A DNA stretch of 24,000 bases. Source: Bacilli bacterium (GTDB taxonomy: Bacteria; Bacillota_I; Bacilli_A; RFN20; CAG-826). This document shows positions 8,647 to 20,691 of this stretch, piece after piece (the first letter of the stretch is position 1; every line of letters starts with the position of its first letter). The position numbers were made by a program, and so were the translations under genes. The notes beneath the pieces were generated by a model. It ran no database searches and was not told the DNA's origin. It saw only the letters and a program-made list of their open reading frames with translations. Location of the stretch: assembly GCA_035270805.1 (NCBI GenBank), contig DATESM010000077.1, positions 1-24,000 of the forward strand, written 5' to 3'.

Positions 8647-8706
8647 TAGTAATAGCAAATTGTGGGTTTTCCACAGAACCAACAGCCCTTATTATTACTA
8701 TTATTT
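8647..8706 (+). promoter_or_regulatory. Second oriC element in the dnaA-dnaN gap: DnaA box(es) plus candidate DnaA-trio unwinding element
   Basis: TGTGGGTTTTCCACA (8661-8675) contains DnaA-like TTTTCCACA at 8667-8675. A 13-nt spacer follows, then TTA TTA TTA CTA TTA TTT (8689-8706), matching the complement of the DnaA-trio consensus 3'-[G/A]A[T/A]-5'. Confidence 0.65.
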
Positions 8707-8724
8707 TGAGAGGAATAGAAATAT

Positions 8725-9858
8725 ATGAAATTTAAAATTAACAGGGAGCAGTTTTTGAAAGGTTTAACCGTTGCGGCTAAGCCAACAAACGCCAAGTCAC
8801 CGATTCCAGTCTTGAGCAACATTCTGCTCTCGCTCGACGAAAAAGGATTACATCTTTTGGGATCCAATGGTGAGTTAGCGATGAAAACATTGATCCCGCT
8901 AAAAGTGAACGACTTAGAAGTGATTCGTGTCTACACCGAAGGCGAATGTTTGGTTTCAAGCAAAATCATCACGGAAATGATTAGGAAACTCGAAGGTAAT
9001 GAAATTGACTTTGAATTATTTGATGGCTCGATCGCAAAAATCGAGGATGGCAGAACTAAATATAATCTTAACTCTGTCCGTCCAGAAGAGTACCCGGAAA
9101 TCGACTTAGATAAAAACGGCGTCACATTTGAAGTTGACAGCAAAAAGTTCATCCGCCTTGTTGACCAAACTTCATTTGCGGCCAGCACCAAAGAACAACG
9201 CCCGATTTTGACTGCTCTTCATCTAGAAGCGAGCGAGGGTGAGTTAACCGCGATAGCAACTGACTCAGCGCGTTTAGCCAAAAAGACGATTGAAATCAAA
9301 GATAACGTTGTTTTCTCCGCGAATGTGCCTGCTCGTGTGCTCCAAGAAATTGCTAAAACAATCGAAACAACACCAGGCGTTAACTCGGTTGAAATTTCTG
9401 TTAGCGATAAAAAGATTCTATTTGAGTTTGATGGCACAGTTGTCTCCTCGCGGTTGATCGCGGGCGATTACCCCAACACCAAAAACATTATTCCTAAGGC
9501 TTATAATAGTTTCCTTGAAGTTAACTCGAGCGAACTACTAAAGGCGATGGAACGGGTTGCGCTTCTAGCGGCTAACGAAAGAGAGAACATTGTTAAGTTA
9601 ACGATGAACGAAGAACTTGTCGTTATTTCATCCAGAAGCCCGCTATCTGGTAGTGCAACAGAGACAATTACGACCTGTAAGTATTCTGGAGACCCACTAG
9701 AAATATCCTTCAATTATCTCTTCGTCAGTGCGGCTGTTAAGGCCTGCCAATCCGAAGATGTCAATGTCGGGTTTTTAGGCGAAATGAAGCCATTTAGTGT
9801 CAAGGTCAACGATGACCCCAGCCACGTTCAAATCGTCACACCAGTCCGCACTTACTAG
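8725..9858 (+). CDS. dnaN: DNA polymerase III subunit beta (sliding clamp)
   Basis: 377 aa; MKFKINREQFLKGLTVAAKPTNAKSPIPVLSNIL, C-terminal ETITTCKYSGDPLEISFNYLF...VQIVTPVRTY; follows dnaA. Confidence 0.97.
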   Translation: MKFKINREQFLKGLTVAAKPTNAKSPIPVLSNILLSLDEKGLHLLGSNGELAMKTLIPLKVNDLEVIRVYTEGECLVSSKIITEMIRKLEGNEIDFELFDGSIAKIEDGRTKYNLNSVRPEEYPEIDLDKNGVTFEVDSKKFIRLVDQTSFAASTKEQRPILTALHLEASEGELTAIATDSARLAKKTIEIKDNVVFSANVPARVLQEIAKTIETTPGVNSVEISVSDKKILFEFDGTVVSSRLIAGDYPNTKNIIPKAYNSFLEVNSSELLKAMERVALLAANERENIVKLTMNEELVVISSRSPLSGSATETITTCKYSGDPLEISFNYLFVSAAVKACQSEDVNVGFLGEMKPFSVKVNDDPSHVQIVTPVRTY

Positions 9859-9890
9859 GCCTAAAAAGGGCGAATTAGACAGCCTCGCAC

Positions 9891-9917
9891 AAGGGAATAT
9901 AAATATTCCCTTTTTTT
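9891..9917 (+). terminator. Rho-independent terminator downstream of dnaN
   Basis: AAGGGAATAT-AA-ATATTCCCTT followed by a T-run; 10-bp perfect arms. Confidence 0.88.
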
Positions 9918-9964
9918 GTTGTTTGTGGTACAATAAATCAAAGAAACGATAAGCAAAAACAACT

Positions 9965-10166
9965 ATGGAAAAAAAGAACAAAAAAGACTACATTACCTTG
10001 GGTCAAGCCTTAAAAAAATACGACCTTGCTGATACGGGTGGGATGGCGAAAACGCTGATCATCAACGGCGAGGTTTTTGTTGATGGGGTGATTGACACAA
10101 GAAGAGGCCGCAAGCTCTATGGTGGTGAAATCATTAGAGTGGGCGATCGTGAAGCCAGTATTGAAC

Positions 10167-10186
<20 letters not shown>
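9965..10186 (+). CDS. rlbA: S4 domain-containing protein (YaaA/RlbA family, between dnaN and recF)
   Basis: 73 aa; YITLGQALKKYDLADTGGMAKTLIINGEVFVDGVIDTRRGRKLYGGEIIRV, a typical YaaA S4 fold in the conserved dnaN-yaaA-recF position. Confidence 0.87.
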
Positions 10187-13252
<3,066 letters not shown>

Positions 13253-13265
13253 GGAGGACACAATC

Positions 13266-15803
13266 ATGATTGATGATGAAAATAAAGTCATAGACGAAGA
13301 AATTCAACCAGAATTAAAGTCTGGGATCGAAGCGGGTGTTCATGATGTTGAAGTTGCTCATGAAGTGCGAAGTGCCTTTCTTGATTATGCGATGTCTGTC
13401 ATCGTTTCTCGGGCCATCCCTGATGTAAGAGACGGGTTTAAACCTGTTCACCGTCGAATTGTTTTTGGCATGAACGAAACAGGGATGACACCTGACAAAC
13501 CACACAAGAAAAGCGCCCGTATCGTTGGGGACGTCATGGGTAAATATCACCCACACGGCGACTCAGCGATTTATTCAACACTCGTCCGTTTGGCGCAACC
13601 ATTTTCAATGCGTTATACACTCGTTGATGGACATGGTAACTTTGGTAGTGTCGATGGCGATGAAGCCGCTGCAATGCGTTATACCGAAGCGAGAATGACA
13701 AAGCTTGCGCTTGAAATCGTTCGCGATATCAACCAAGATACAGTCGATTTTGTCGATAACTATGATGGTAGCGAAAAAGAACCGGAAGTTTTACCAAGTC
13801 GCTTTCCAAACTTGCTTGTTAATGGCAGTTCAGGGATTGCGGTTGGGATGGCGACGAACATGCCTCCACACAACTTAACCGAAACAATTAACGCAATTAA
13901 ACTTATTGCGGTCAACCCCGACATTACCCCGAAAGAAATTATGGAACAAGCCCTGTTTGGTCCTGACTTTCCTACAGGCGCGATGATTTTAGGCAAAAAA
14001 GGAATTCTTGATGCTTACGAAACTGGCCGCGGGAGCGTCATTATTCGCTCAAAAGCACACTTCGAAGAATTATCTAACGGCAAAACAAGGATCATCATTG
14101 ATGAAATTCCTTATCAGGTCAATAAAGCCCGTTTGATTGAGTCAATTGCCGATCTTGTTCGTAATAAAATCGTTGATGGCATTACCGACATTCGTGATGA
14201 ATCCAATAAAGAAGGTATTCGGGTTGTGATTGAACTAAGAAGAGATGTCATTCCTGAAGTTATTCTCAACAATTTATACAAACAAACCCAACTACAAACT
14301 AGTTTTGGCATTATTAACCTCTGTCTAGTTGATAAAGCCCCACAAGTGTTGAACATTAAACAATTGCTTGGTCATTATTTAAATTTCCAAGTCGATATCA
14401 TTAGACGGAGAACCCAACATCAACTCGCGGTCGCGGAAGCCCGTGATCACATAGTCATCGGTCTTATTAAGGCCAATGAAAACATTGATGAAATTGTTCA
14501 AATCATTAAAGCAAGCGCGAACACTGAAGAAGCAACATCGCGCCTCATTGAACGCTTTGGATTCACCGAAATTCAAACCAAAGAAGTCCTATCAATGACC
14601 TTGAGAAGATTGACAGGTTTAGAGAAAGAAAAATTACTACAAGAACGCGAACAACTAGAAATTAACATAGCAAAATACCGCTTAATTCTTTCTAGTCGCG
14701 AAAACATGGTTGATGTGGTCCTTACCGAACTCGACGAAATCAAAAACAAATTCGGCGATGAAAGAAGAACCGAAATCAGTAACCAAGAAGCCAATATTGA
14801 TGATGAAAGCCTCATTCCAGAGGAAGAAATCATTGTTTCAATCACGAAGAAGGGTTATGTCAAACGGATGAGTCCAGATGAATTCAGAACCCAAAAACGT
14901 GGGGGCAAGGGTGTTAAAGGCATGAAGACAAATGAAGATGATCTTGTCGACACGCTCGTCCACACTAAAACCCATACCGATATCTTATTCTTCACCAACT
15001 CGGGTAAAGTTTATCGCATTCGCGGTCACCAAATTCCCGAACAACAAAGAACGGGTAAGGGGATGCCTATTGTCAATCTCCTCAACCTTGATAAAGAAGA
15101 AACAGTCCGTGCCATCCTCAGTGTCGATCACTACGATGCCGGCACCTTCCTCTTCTATGTCACCCGTCTTGGTGTTGTTAAACGGACGAGCCTTGAAGAA
15201 TTCTCCCGTATCAACCAAAACGGAAAAATCGCAATCAATCTTCGCGATGGTGACCAACTCATTGATGTAAAAGTCACAAACGGTGAAGCTTTAATTGGCA
15301 TCGCCGCGAGTAATGGTAAGATGGTTAAATTCAATGAAGATGATGTCAGAAGCATGGGGCGGACTGCCGCCGGCGTTAAAGGGATTAACCTTGACGAAGG
15401 TGATTTTGTTGTTGGTGTCACGACCTCACTTGAAGGCGAACTGATCTTAGCGCTCACTTCCCGTGGTTATGGCAAAATGAGTGCAGCGGAAGACTATCGT
15501 TTGACCAAACGTGGTAGTAAGGGTGTTGCAACGATTAAAGCCAGTGAAAAAGTTGGCTCACTTGTTGGCATTCGCGCGGTTAAGGGGGACGAAGACCTCT
15601 TCCTCATTACCGAAGCAGGAACTGTGATCCGCATTAGCCTTGAACAAGTTTCCGTCCTTGGCCGGAACACACAAGGCGTTAAGGTCATTAATTTGAAGAA
15701 AAACGAAACGCTATCCTCCTTTGCGGTTGTCGAGCACGGTGAAGATGAAGAGTGCGACGATAGTGTCGAAGGCGAAGAGCAAACTAAAGAAGAAGTCGAA
15801 TAA
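13266..15803 (+). CDS. gyrA: DNA gyrase subunit A
   Basis: 845 aa from ATG 13266 behind AAGGAGG; [24 protein letters not shown]; catalytic Tyr in [10 protein letters not shown]; GyrA-box QKRGGKG; acidic C-terminal tail. The ORF-track start at 13182 is inside gyrB. Confidence 0.98.
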   Translation: MIDDENKVIDEEIQPELKSGIEAGVHDVEVAHEVRSAFLDYAMSVIVSRAIPDVRDGFKPVHRRIVFGMNETGMTPDKPHKKSARIVGDVMGKYHPHGDSAIYSTLVRLAQPFSMRYTLVDGHGNFGSVDGDEAAAMRYTEARMTKLALEIVRDINQDTVDFVDNYDGSEKEPEVLPSRFPNLLVNGSSGIAVGMATNMPPHNLTETINAIKLIAVNPDITPKEIMEQALFGPDFPTGAMILGKKGILDAYETGRGSVIIRSKAHFEELSNGKTRIIIDEIPYQVNKARLIESIADLVRNKIVDGITDIRDESNKEGIRVVIELRRDVIPEVILNNLYKQTQLQTSFGIINLCLVDKAPQVLNIKQLLGHYLNFQVDIIRRRTQHQLAVAEARDHIVIGLIKANENIDEIVQIIKASANTEEATSRLIERFGFTEIQTKEVLSMTLRRLTGLEKEKLLQEREQLEINIAKYRLILSSRENMVDVVLTELDEIKNKFGDERRTEISNQEANIDDESLIPEEEIIVSITKKGYVKRMSPDEFRTQKRGGKGVKGMKTNEDDLVDTLVHTKTHTDILFFTNSGKVYRIRGHQIPEQQRTGKGMPIVNLLNLDKEETVRAILSVDHYDAGTFLFYVTRLGVVKRTSLEEFSRINQNGKIAINLRDGDQLIDVKVTNGEALIGIAASNGKMVKFNEDDVRSMGRTAAGVKGINLDEGDFVVGVTTSLEGELILALTSRGYGKMSAAEDYRLTKRGSKGVATIKASEKVGSLVGIRAVKGDEDLFLITEAGTVIRISLEQVSVLGRNTQGVKVINLKKNETLSSFAVVEHGEDEECDDSVEGEEQTKEEVE

Positions 15804-15808
15804 AATAT

Positions 15809-15838
15809 GACGTCGCAGCAATGCGGCGTTTTTTTTAT
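15809..15838 (+). terminator. Rho-independent terminator after gyrA
   Basis: ACGTCGCA-GCAA-TGCGGCGT (8 pairs including one G-T) followed by a T-run. Confidence 0.9.
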
Positions 15839-15853
15839 TACGTGCGATGAATA

Positions 15854-15882
15854 TTGCTTTATTTTATCTATCCATATAAAAT
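15854..15882 (+). promoter_or_regulatory. Putative promoter of the T-box-serS transcript
   Basis: TTGCTT (15854-15859), 17 nt spacer, TAAAAT (15877-15882). Confidence 0.6.
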
Positions 15883-15890
15883 AAGGGTGT

Positions 15891-16088
15891 TCGATGAAGA
15901 GGCTAGTAATTAGACCTGACTTTATAGCGAGTTAGTGAGGGTGTAAGACTAACAGTTAGCAAAATGAATTCCACCTCTGAGAATGAACTTAACCGTTCCG
16001 CTGGTTTCCGTTAAAAACTATCAAGATGCAGTAAATGCATGAATTAGGTGGCACCGCGTTAGTTAACGCCCTATGTTGGGCGTTTTTT
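15891..16088 (+). promoter_or_regulatory. T-box riboswitch (serine), controlling serS
   Basis: Stem I base AGAGG (15898-15902) pairs with CCTCT (15974-15978); AGTA element; candidate specifier TCC (Ser) at 15970-15972 in GAATTCCACCTCT; T-box core AGGTGGCACCGCG at 16046-16058; terminator AACGCCC-TATGTT-GGGCGTTTTTT at 16065-16088. Confidence 0.95.
16065..16088 (+). terminator. Intrinsic terminator of the serS T-box leader
   Basis: AACGCCC/GGGCGTT hairpin plus T6. Confidence 0.92.
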
Positions 16089-16112
16089 ATTTTCTTATAG
16101 GAGGAAAAATAG

Positions 16113-17393
16113 ATGATTGATATCAATTTAATTAGAGAGCATACACAATTTGTAACAGAAGCCCTAGCAAAAAAGGGGTGGAATGAAGATTTTAAACAAT
16201 TACTAGCGCAAGACGCTCAAAGACGGCAATTGCGCCAAGATGTCGAAAACGCAAAAGCTGAGCAAAATAAATTAAGTGCCTCAGTCCCTGTTGTTAAAAA
16301 AGCAGGCGGAGACATCAATGAAATCTTTGCTAAAGTAAAGGCCATCAAAGCCGATAACGAAGCCAAAGAAGCTGAACTAGCTATTTTAGAAGCCAACATC
16401 AATAAGACACTACTCGAGCTTCCAAATTTACCGGATGGCGACTTATTGAGTGGAGCCAAAGAAAACAATCGCGTGATTCATACATTTTTAGAGGCCCCTC
16501 ATTTTGATTTTCCTGTTAAAGACCACGTTGAACTCTGTGAAACACTCGGTTTAATCGATTACAAAAGAGCTGCGAAAATTAGTGGGAGTGGCACCTGGAT
16601 TTATCGTGGACTTGGGGCGATGCTTGAATGGGCACTGCTTAATTTCTTTATAAGTGAACACATCAAAGATGGCTATGAAATGATTATTCCTCCACACATG
16701 CTTAACTACGAAAGTGGTGTGACGGCTGGTCAATTCCCAAAATTTGAGAGTGATGTTTTTTGGCTTGAGGGAATGAGTCCTCGCCGCTTCCTCCTACCAA
16801 CAGCGGAAACAGCACTTGTTAACATTCACCGTGATGAAATTTTAAGTGAAGAAGAACTACCACATAAATATTTTGCCTATACCCCCTGTTATCGTAGCGA
16901 GGCTGGTTCATACCGGACCGAAGAGAGGGGAATGATTCGTGGTTATCAATTCAATAAAGTTGAAATCGTTCAATACACCAAAGAAGACGAGAGTGATGCT
17001 GCCTTTGAAGAAATGCTGAACAAGGCCAAATCCTTAGTGGAAAAGTTAGGCTTACATTTCCAAATTTCTAAACTCGCCGCTGGCGATTGCTCCCATTCTA
17101 TGGCGCGAACTTATGATATCGAAGTATGGATTCCTTCAATGGGTATTTATAAAGAAGTGAGCAGTGTTTCTAACGCCCGTGACTATCAAGCTCGGCGCGG
17201 GATGATGCGCTACCGTGATAAGGAAACAGGTAAGGTTAAGTATGTCCATACCCTCAATGCCAGTGGCCTAGCGACCAGTCGTCTAGTGCCGGCGATTGTT
17301 GAACAATATCAAACGAGTAAGGGTGAGGTTATTATTCCTACGGTCTTGAGACCATTCATGGGTGGAATCGAAAAGATTTCGCTCACTAAATAA
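16113..17393 (+). CDS. serS: Serine--tRNA ligase
   Basis: 426 aa; MIDINLIREHTQFV, class II motifs YKRAAKISGSGTWIYRG..., LPTAETALVNIHRDEIL, TPCYRSEAGSYRTEERGMIRGYQFNKVEIV, NASGLATSRLVPAIVEQYQ. Confidence 0.98.
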   Translation: MIDINLIREHTQFVTEALAKKGWNEDFKQLLAQDAQRRQLRQDVENAKAEQNKLSASVPVVKKAGGDINEIFAKVKAIKADNEAKEAELAILEANINKTLLELPNLPDGDLLSGAKENNRVIHTFLEAPHFDFPVKDHVELCETLGLIDYKRAAKISGSGTWIYRGLGAMLEWALLNFFISEHIKDGYEMIIPPHMLNYESGVTAGQFPKFESDVFWLEGMSPRRFLLPTAETALVNIHRDEILSEEELPHKYFAYTPCYRSEAGSYRTEERGMIRGYQFNKVEIVQYTKEDESDAAFEEMLNKAKSLVEKLGLHFQISKLAAGDCSHSMARTYDIEVWIPSMGIYKEVSSVSNARDYQARRGMMRYRDKETGKVKYVHTLNASGLATSRLVPAIVEQYQTSKGEVIIPTVLRPFMGGIEKISLTK

Positions 17394-17411
17394 ATTTGCT
17401 ATAATAATGAT

Positions 17412-17489
17412 GCCATCGCGATGGGTATTATTCGAACCAGGTCAGGACGGGAACGTAGCAGCCTTAAGATTGGTATTCATGTGCGGTGG
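17412..17489 (+). ncRNA. ffs: Signal recognition particle RNA, small bacterial (4.5S-like) type
   Basis: Conserved apical core GGTCAGGACGGGAACGTAGCAGCC (approx. 17440-17463). Closing helix CCATCGC...GCGGTGG; second helix ATGGGTATT/GGTATTCAT. Preceded by TATAAT at 17400-17405 and followed by TTTTATTTTT. Confidence 0.9.
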
Positions 17490-17504
17490 TTTTATTTTTA
17501 AATC

Positions 17505-17969
17505 ATGAACGAACTAGATATAAAATTTATGCGAGCGGCTTTAAAAGAAGCGCAAAAGGCCTATCTACACGACGAAGTTCCGATTGGCGCCGTGCTTGTT
17601 AAGGATGGAAAAATTATTGCTCGAGGTTATAACAACCGTGAGAGCAAGCTTGATCCAACAGGACATGCCGAAATTATTGTCATGCGAAAGGCCGCAAAGA
17701 AATTGAAGAACTGGCGCTTAGAAGATACGACCCTCTATGTGACAATCGAACCATGCAGTATGTGTGCTGGTGCCTCAATTTGGGCCCGAGTTGGGCGGAT
17801 AGTGTATGGCGCCAAAGAACCCAAAGGTGGGGCCCTTGGAAGTTCCTACAACCTCTTCGAACAAAAGGCGATGAATCATTACCCGACGATTACTGCTGGT
17901 GTACTTGAACAGGAGTGTGGACAAATCATTTCACAATATTTCAAAGACAAAAGAAGTCGCAAAAAATAA
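17505..17969 (+). CDS. tadA: tRNA-specific adenosine-34 deaminase
   Basis: 154 aa; DEVPIGAVLVKDGKIIARGYN, HAEI, VTIEPCSMCAGA zinc-binding motif; ARVGRIVYGAKEPKGGALGS. Confidence 0.96.
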   Translation: MNELDIKFMRAALKEAQKAYLHDEVPIGAVLVKDGKIIARGYNNRESKLDPTGHAEIIVMRKAAKKLKNWRLEDTTLYVTIEPCSMCAGASIWARVGRIVYGAKEPKGGALGSSYNLFEQKAMNHYPTITAGVLEQECGQIISQYFKDKRSRKK

Positions 17970-18001
17970 CTGCAAAAAGACAATATATAGAGGGCGTTAA
18001 T

Positions 18002-18021
18002 GTTTTTATTATGATAAAAAC
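18002..18021. repeat. Perfect inverted repeat GTTTTTAT-TATG-ATAAAAAC upstream of the ABC transporter
   Basis: 8-bp arms read directly from sequence. Confidence 0.6.
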
Positions 18022-18061
18022 AATGTACAATAACTATATATTTTTGTGATGGGAGGCCATT

Positions 18062-20617
18062 ATGTTACAACTAAAAAACATATTTAAAAATTACTATGTC
18101 GACAACAAGCCTTTAAAGGTGCTTAAGGATATTAATATCACCTTCCCTGAACAGCAATTCGTGACAATTCTTGGTCCTTCAGGTTGTGGGAAAACAACGC
18201 TTTTAAATTTGATTGGTGGGCTTGACCAATATACAAGTGGTGATTTGATCATCGAGGGAAAATCAACCAAGCAATTCGCCGATCGTGATTGGGATGCCTA
18301 CCGCAACCACCGGGTTGGCTTCATCTTTCAAAGTTATAACCTGATCACCCATCTTAATGTTTTAGATAACGTCGAGATGTCTCTTACCCTGACAGGAATG
18401 TCCGCTAAAGACAGAGTAAAAAAAGCAAAAGAAGCGCTGATTAGTGTCGGTCTTGAACCGGAAATGTATAAGCAAACCAACCAATTATCCGGCGGACAAA
18501 TGCAACGGGTGGCGATTGCCCGTGCGCTGGTTAATGATCCGTCGATTATTTTAGCCGACGAACCCACAGGTGCCCTTGATAGTAAAACAAGTGAACAAGT
18601 CATGGACATCATTAAAGAAGTCAGTAAAACTAGACTCGTTATCATGGTTTCACATAACGAGCATCTAGCGGAAAAATATAGCGACCGCATCATCAGAATG
18701 CTTGATGGGGTGATTGAAAGCGACTCAGCAAAAGTGACGCCAAAAATCACTGAAACAACAGGAAAAGAAATCAATAAATATACTTCGATGCCTTTTTCAA
18801 TGGCGCTTAAGAGTAGTTTTAAAAATATTTTAACCAAAAAAGGTAGATCCGTCATCACCTCTGTAGCGGGATCGCTTGGAATTATTGGTGTCGCCCTCGT
18901 GGCCTCACTATCAACCGGGTTCAATGATTATATCGCCAAAGTCGAAAGTGACACGATGGCTTCTTACCCAATTGGCATTTTCTCAAACTCATTCGAACTA
19001 GGGCCCCAAAGTTTTCAGCCTGTCGAACGAGAAGAATTTCCTGATGAAGAAGAGGTCTATGTTTATGATCCAAGCGACTCAGCAGAATCATCACTTCGCT
19101 TTTATTACAATCGTTTCACCCCAGAATTTTTAGAGTTTATCCAAACTCTAGAGGCCGATGGCTTGGCTAGCAGTGTCGTTGTCAATTACCCGACACACAT
19201 GAAATTATTGACCGAATATCCTAATAATTCGATTAATGTTGCTGGTTCGACCAACTTCTCACAACTCACACCAACCAGTTCAGGCACTTTTACCCAACTA
19301 TTTGGCGAACAAGCCTTTGTTAATGAATATTATGACTTGATTGGTAGCGAATCTCGTTATCCGACAAATGCAAATGAAATAGTCCTTGTTCTTGATCGAT
19401 ACAACCGGCTTAGTGTTGAGGACTTAAGAAGAATTGGCTTCCTTGATTCAGGCGCGACGACGATTGAAAAATTTGCGTTCAACGACCTTTTAGGTAAGAA
19501 ATATAAACTAATCGAAAATGATGATTTTTATGTTCGTGATAACACGAAAGATTTTACGGTTGGTGACCTCTCGAGTACAAGTGGCACAAAAACAATCGAA
19601 AAATATAGCGTCATCAACCAAACGAGTGCTCGTTCGATATTTGAGGATGAAAACAAAGGAATTGAACTGGAGATTGTCGGCGTTCTTCGCCCACGTCCAG
19701 GAACCGAGTTACAAATATTATCGGAAGGTCTTGCTTTCACACGCGAACTCAATGATTTAATGCAAGGCTATAATAAAGATAGTGACTTTTCTAAATCGAT
19801 TTTCCACAATATTGCCATTGACCCGGCCGCTTTAAGTGATCCCGATATCATGCAAGACCCCAATGTGGCCCTTGAGTATATTCGCTTCTATGATCCTTAC
19901 TATGACAGCGCTAATCCCCAAAAAATTCTTAATCAAACTGACTTCCTTAACCTCGCCAAAAATAATAATGCGCAATTGAGTGACATTGATGATTCAACTC
20001 AATTTGGCGCGGCGATCAAGCAAGTGTTTGAACAAATCTATTCTAATATTGAATCGATTGCGCTTTTCCCCGCGAGTGCACAAGGACGCAAAGATATTAA
20101 AATTGCGATTGATAATTTTAACAAGACACAAGACGAAGGTTTTCAAATCATTTATTCAGACCTTGTGAGTACAATTACAAATTCTTTAGCAACACTAGTT
20201 AACATCGTTTCTATCGTGCTGATTTTCTTTACGAGTATTTCTCTTGTTGTGTCCGGGGTTTTGATTGGAATCATCACCTACATTTCTGTGATCGAACGCA
20301 CGAAAGAAATTGGTGTTCTCCGTGCAATTGGCGCGCGAAAAAAAGACGTTGGCCGCCTGTTCCAAGCCGAAACTTTCATCATTGGGCTATTTGCCGGGTT
20401 AATTGGGGTTGTGACGGCCTATATCTTAACAGTGCCGATTAATCTCATTTTGAACCACTTATTCCCAGATCAAAACATCGGCACGATTGCTAACCTTACT
20501 CCTTGGATTGCCATCCTCTTGATTGTGATTAATGTTGGTTTAACGATGGTTTCTGGTCTGCTCCCAAGTAGTATTGCTGCACGGAAGAATCCAGTCGAAG
20601 CCTTAAGAACCGAATAA
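18062..20617 (+). CDS. ABC transporter with N-terminal ATPase fused to an FtsX/MacB-type permease domain
   Basis: 851 aa; Walker [10 protein letters not shown], signature LSGGQMQR, Walker [15 protein letters not shown] segment [17 protein letters not shown], a roughly 400-aa extracytoplasmic region, then a C-terminal FtsX domain ending [27 protein letters not shown]. Confidence 0.93.
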   Translation: MLQLKNIFKNYYVDNKPLKVLKDINITFPEQQFVTILGPSGCGKTTLLNLIGGLDQYTSGDLIIEGKSTKQFADRDWDAYRNHRVGFIFQSYNLITHLNVLDNVEMSLTLTGMSAKDRVKKAKEALISVGLEPEMYKQTNQLSGGQMQRVAIARALVNDPSIILADEPTGALDSKTSEQVMDIIKEVSKTRLVIMVSHNEHLAEKYSDRIIRMLDGVIESDSAKVTPKITETTGKEINKYTSMPFSMALKSSFKNILTKKGRSVITSVAGSLGIIGVALVASLSTGFNDYIAKVESDTMASYPIGIFSNSFELGPQSFQPVEREEFPDEEEVYVYDPSDSAESSLRFYYNRFTPEFLEFIQTLEADGLASSVVVNYPTHMKLLTEYPNNSINVAGSTNFSQLTPTSSGTFTQLFGEQAFVNEYYDLIGSESRYPTNANEIVLVLDRYNRLSVEDLRRIGFLDSGATTIEKFAFNDLLGKKYKLIENDDFYVRDNTKDFTVGDLSSTSGTKTIEKYSVINQTSARSIFEDENKGIELEIVGVLRPRPGTELQILSEGLAFTRELNDLMQGYNKDSDFSKSIFHNIAIDPAALSDPDIMQDPNVALEYIRFYDPYYDSANPQKILNQTDFLNLAKNNNAQLSDIDDSTQFGAAIKQVFEQIYSNIESIALFPASAQGRKDIKIAIDNFNKTQDEGFQIIYSDLVSTITNSLATLVNIVSIVLIFFTSISLVVSGVLIGIITYISVIERTKEIGVLRAIGARKKDVGRLFQAETFIIGLFAGLIGVVTAYILTVPINLILNHLFPDQNIGTIANLTPWIAILLIVINVGLTMVSGLLPSSIAARKNPVEALRTE

Positions 20618-20652
20618 TAATTTTTAGACACTGTAATAAAAAACCAAGTAAT

Positions 20653-20673
20653 TTATAGACTGATAGTCTATAA
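20653..20673. repeat. Perfect palindrome TTATAGACT-GAT-AGTCTATAA upstream of the P-type ATPase
   Basis: 9-bp arms with 3-nt centre. It overlaps a possible -10 TATAAT (20669-20674), 18 nt upstream of the ATG. Confidence 0.7.
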
Positions 20674-20691
20674 TTATAAATAGAGAAATTT

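Noticed and set aside
10092-10166. Extended N-terminus of recF in the ORF track
   Set aside because: Overlaps rlbA. RecF homology begins at MVITNLNLYSFRNHQ (10167).
15839-17504. Possible tRNA-Ser genes near serS
   Set aside because: Inspected the intergenic regions. No cloverleaf-like sequence with acceptor/T-arm was recognisable, only the T-box leader and SRP RNA.
18334-18924. 196-aa - strand ORF opposite the ABC ATPase domain
   Set aside because: Antisense to Walker B/signature region. No promoter or SD support.
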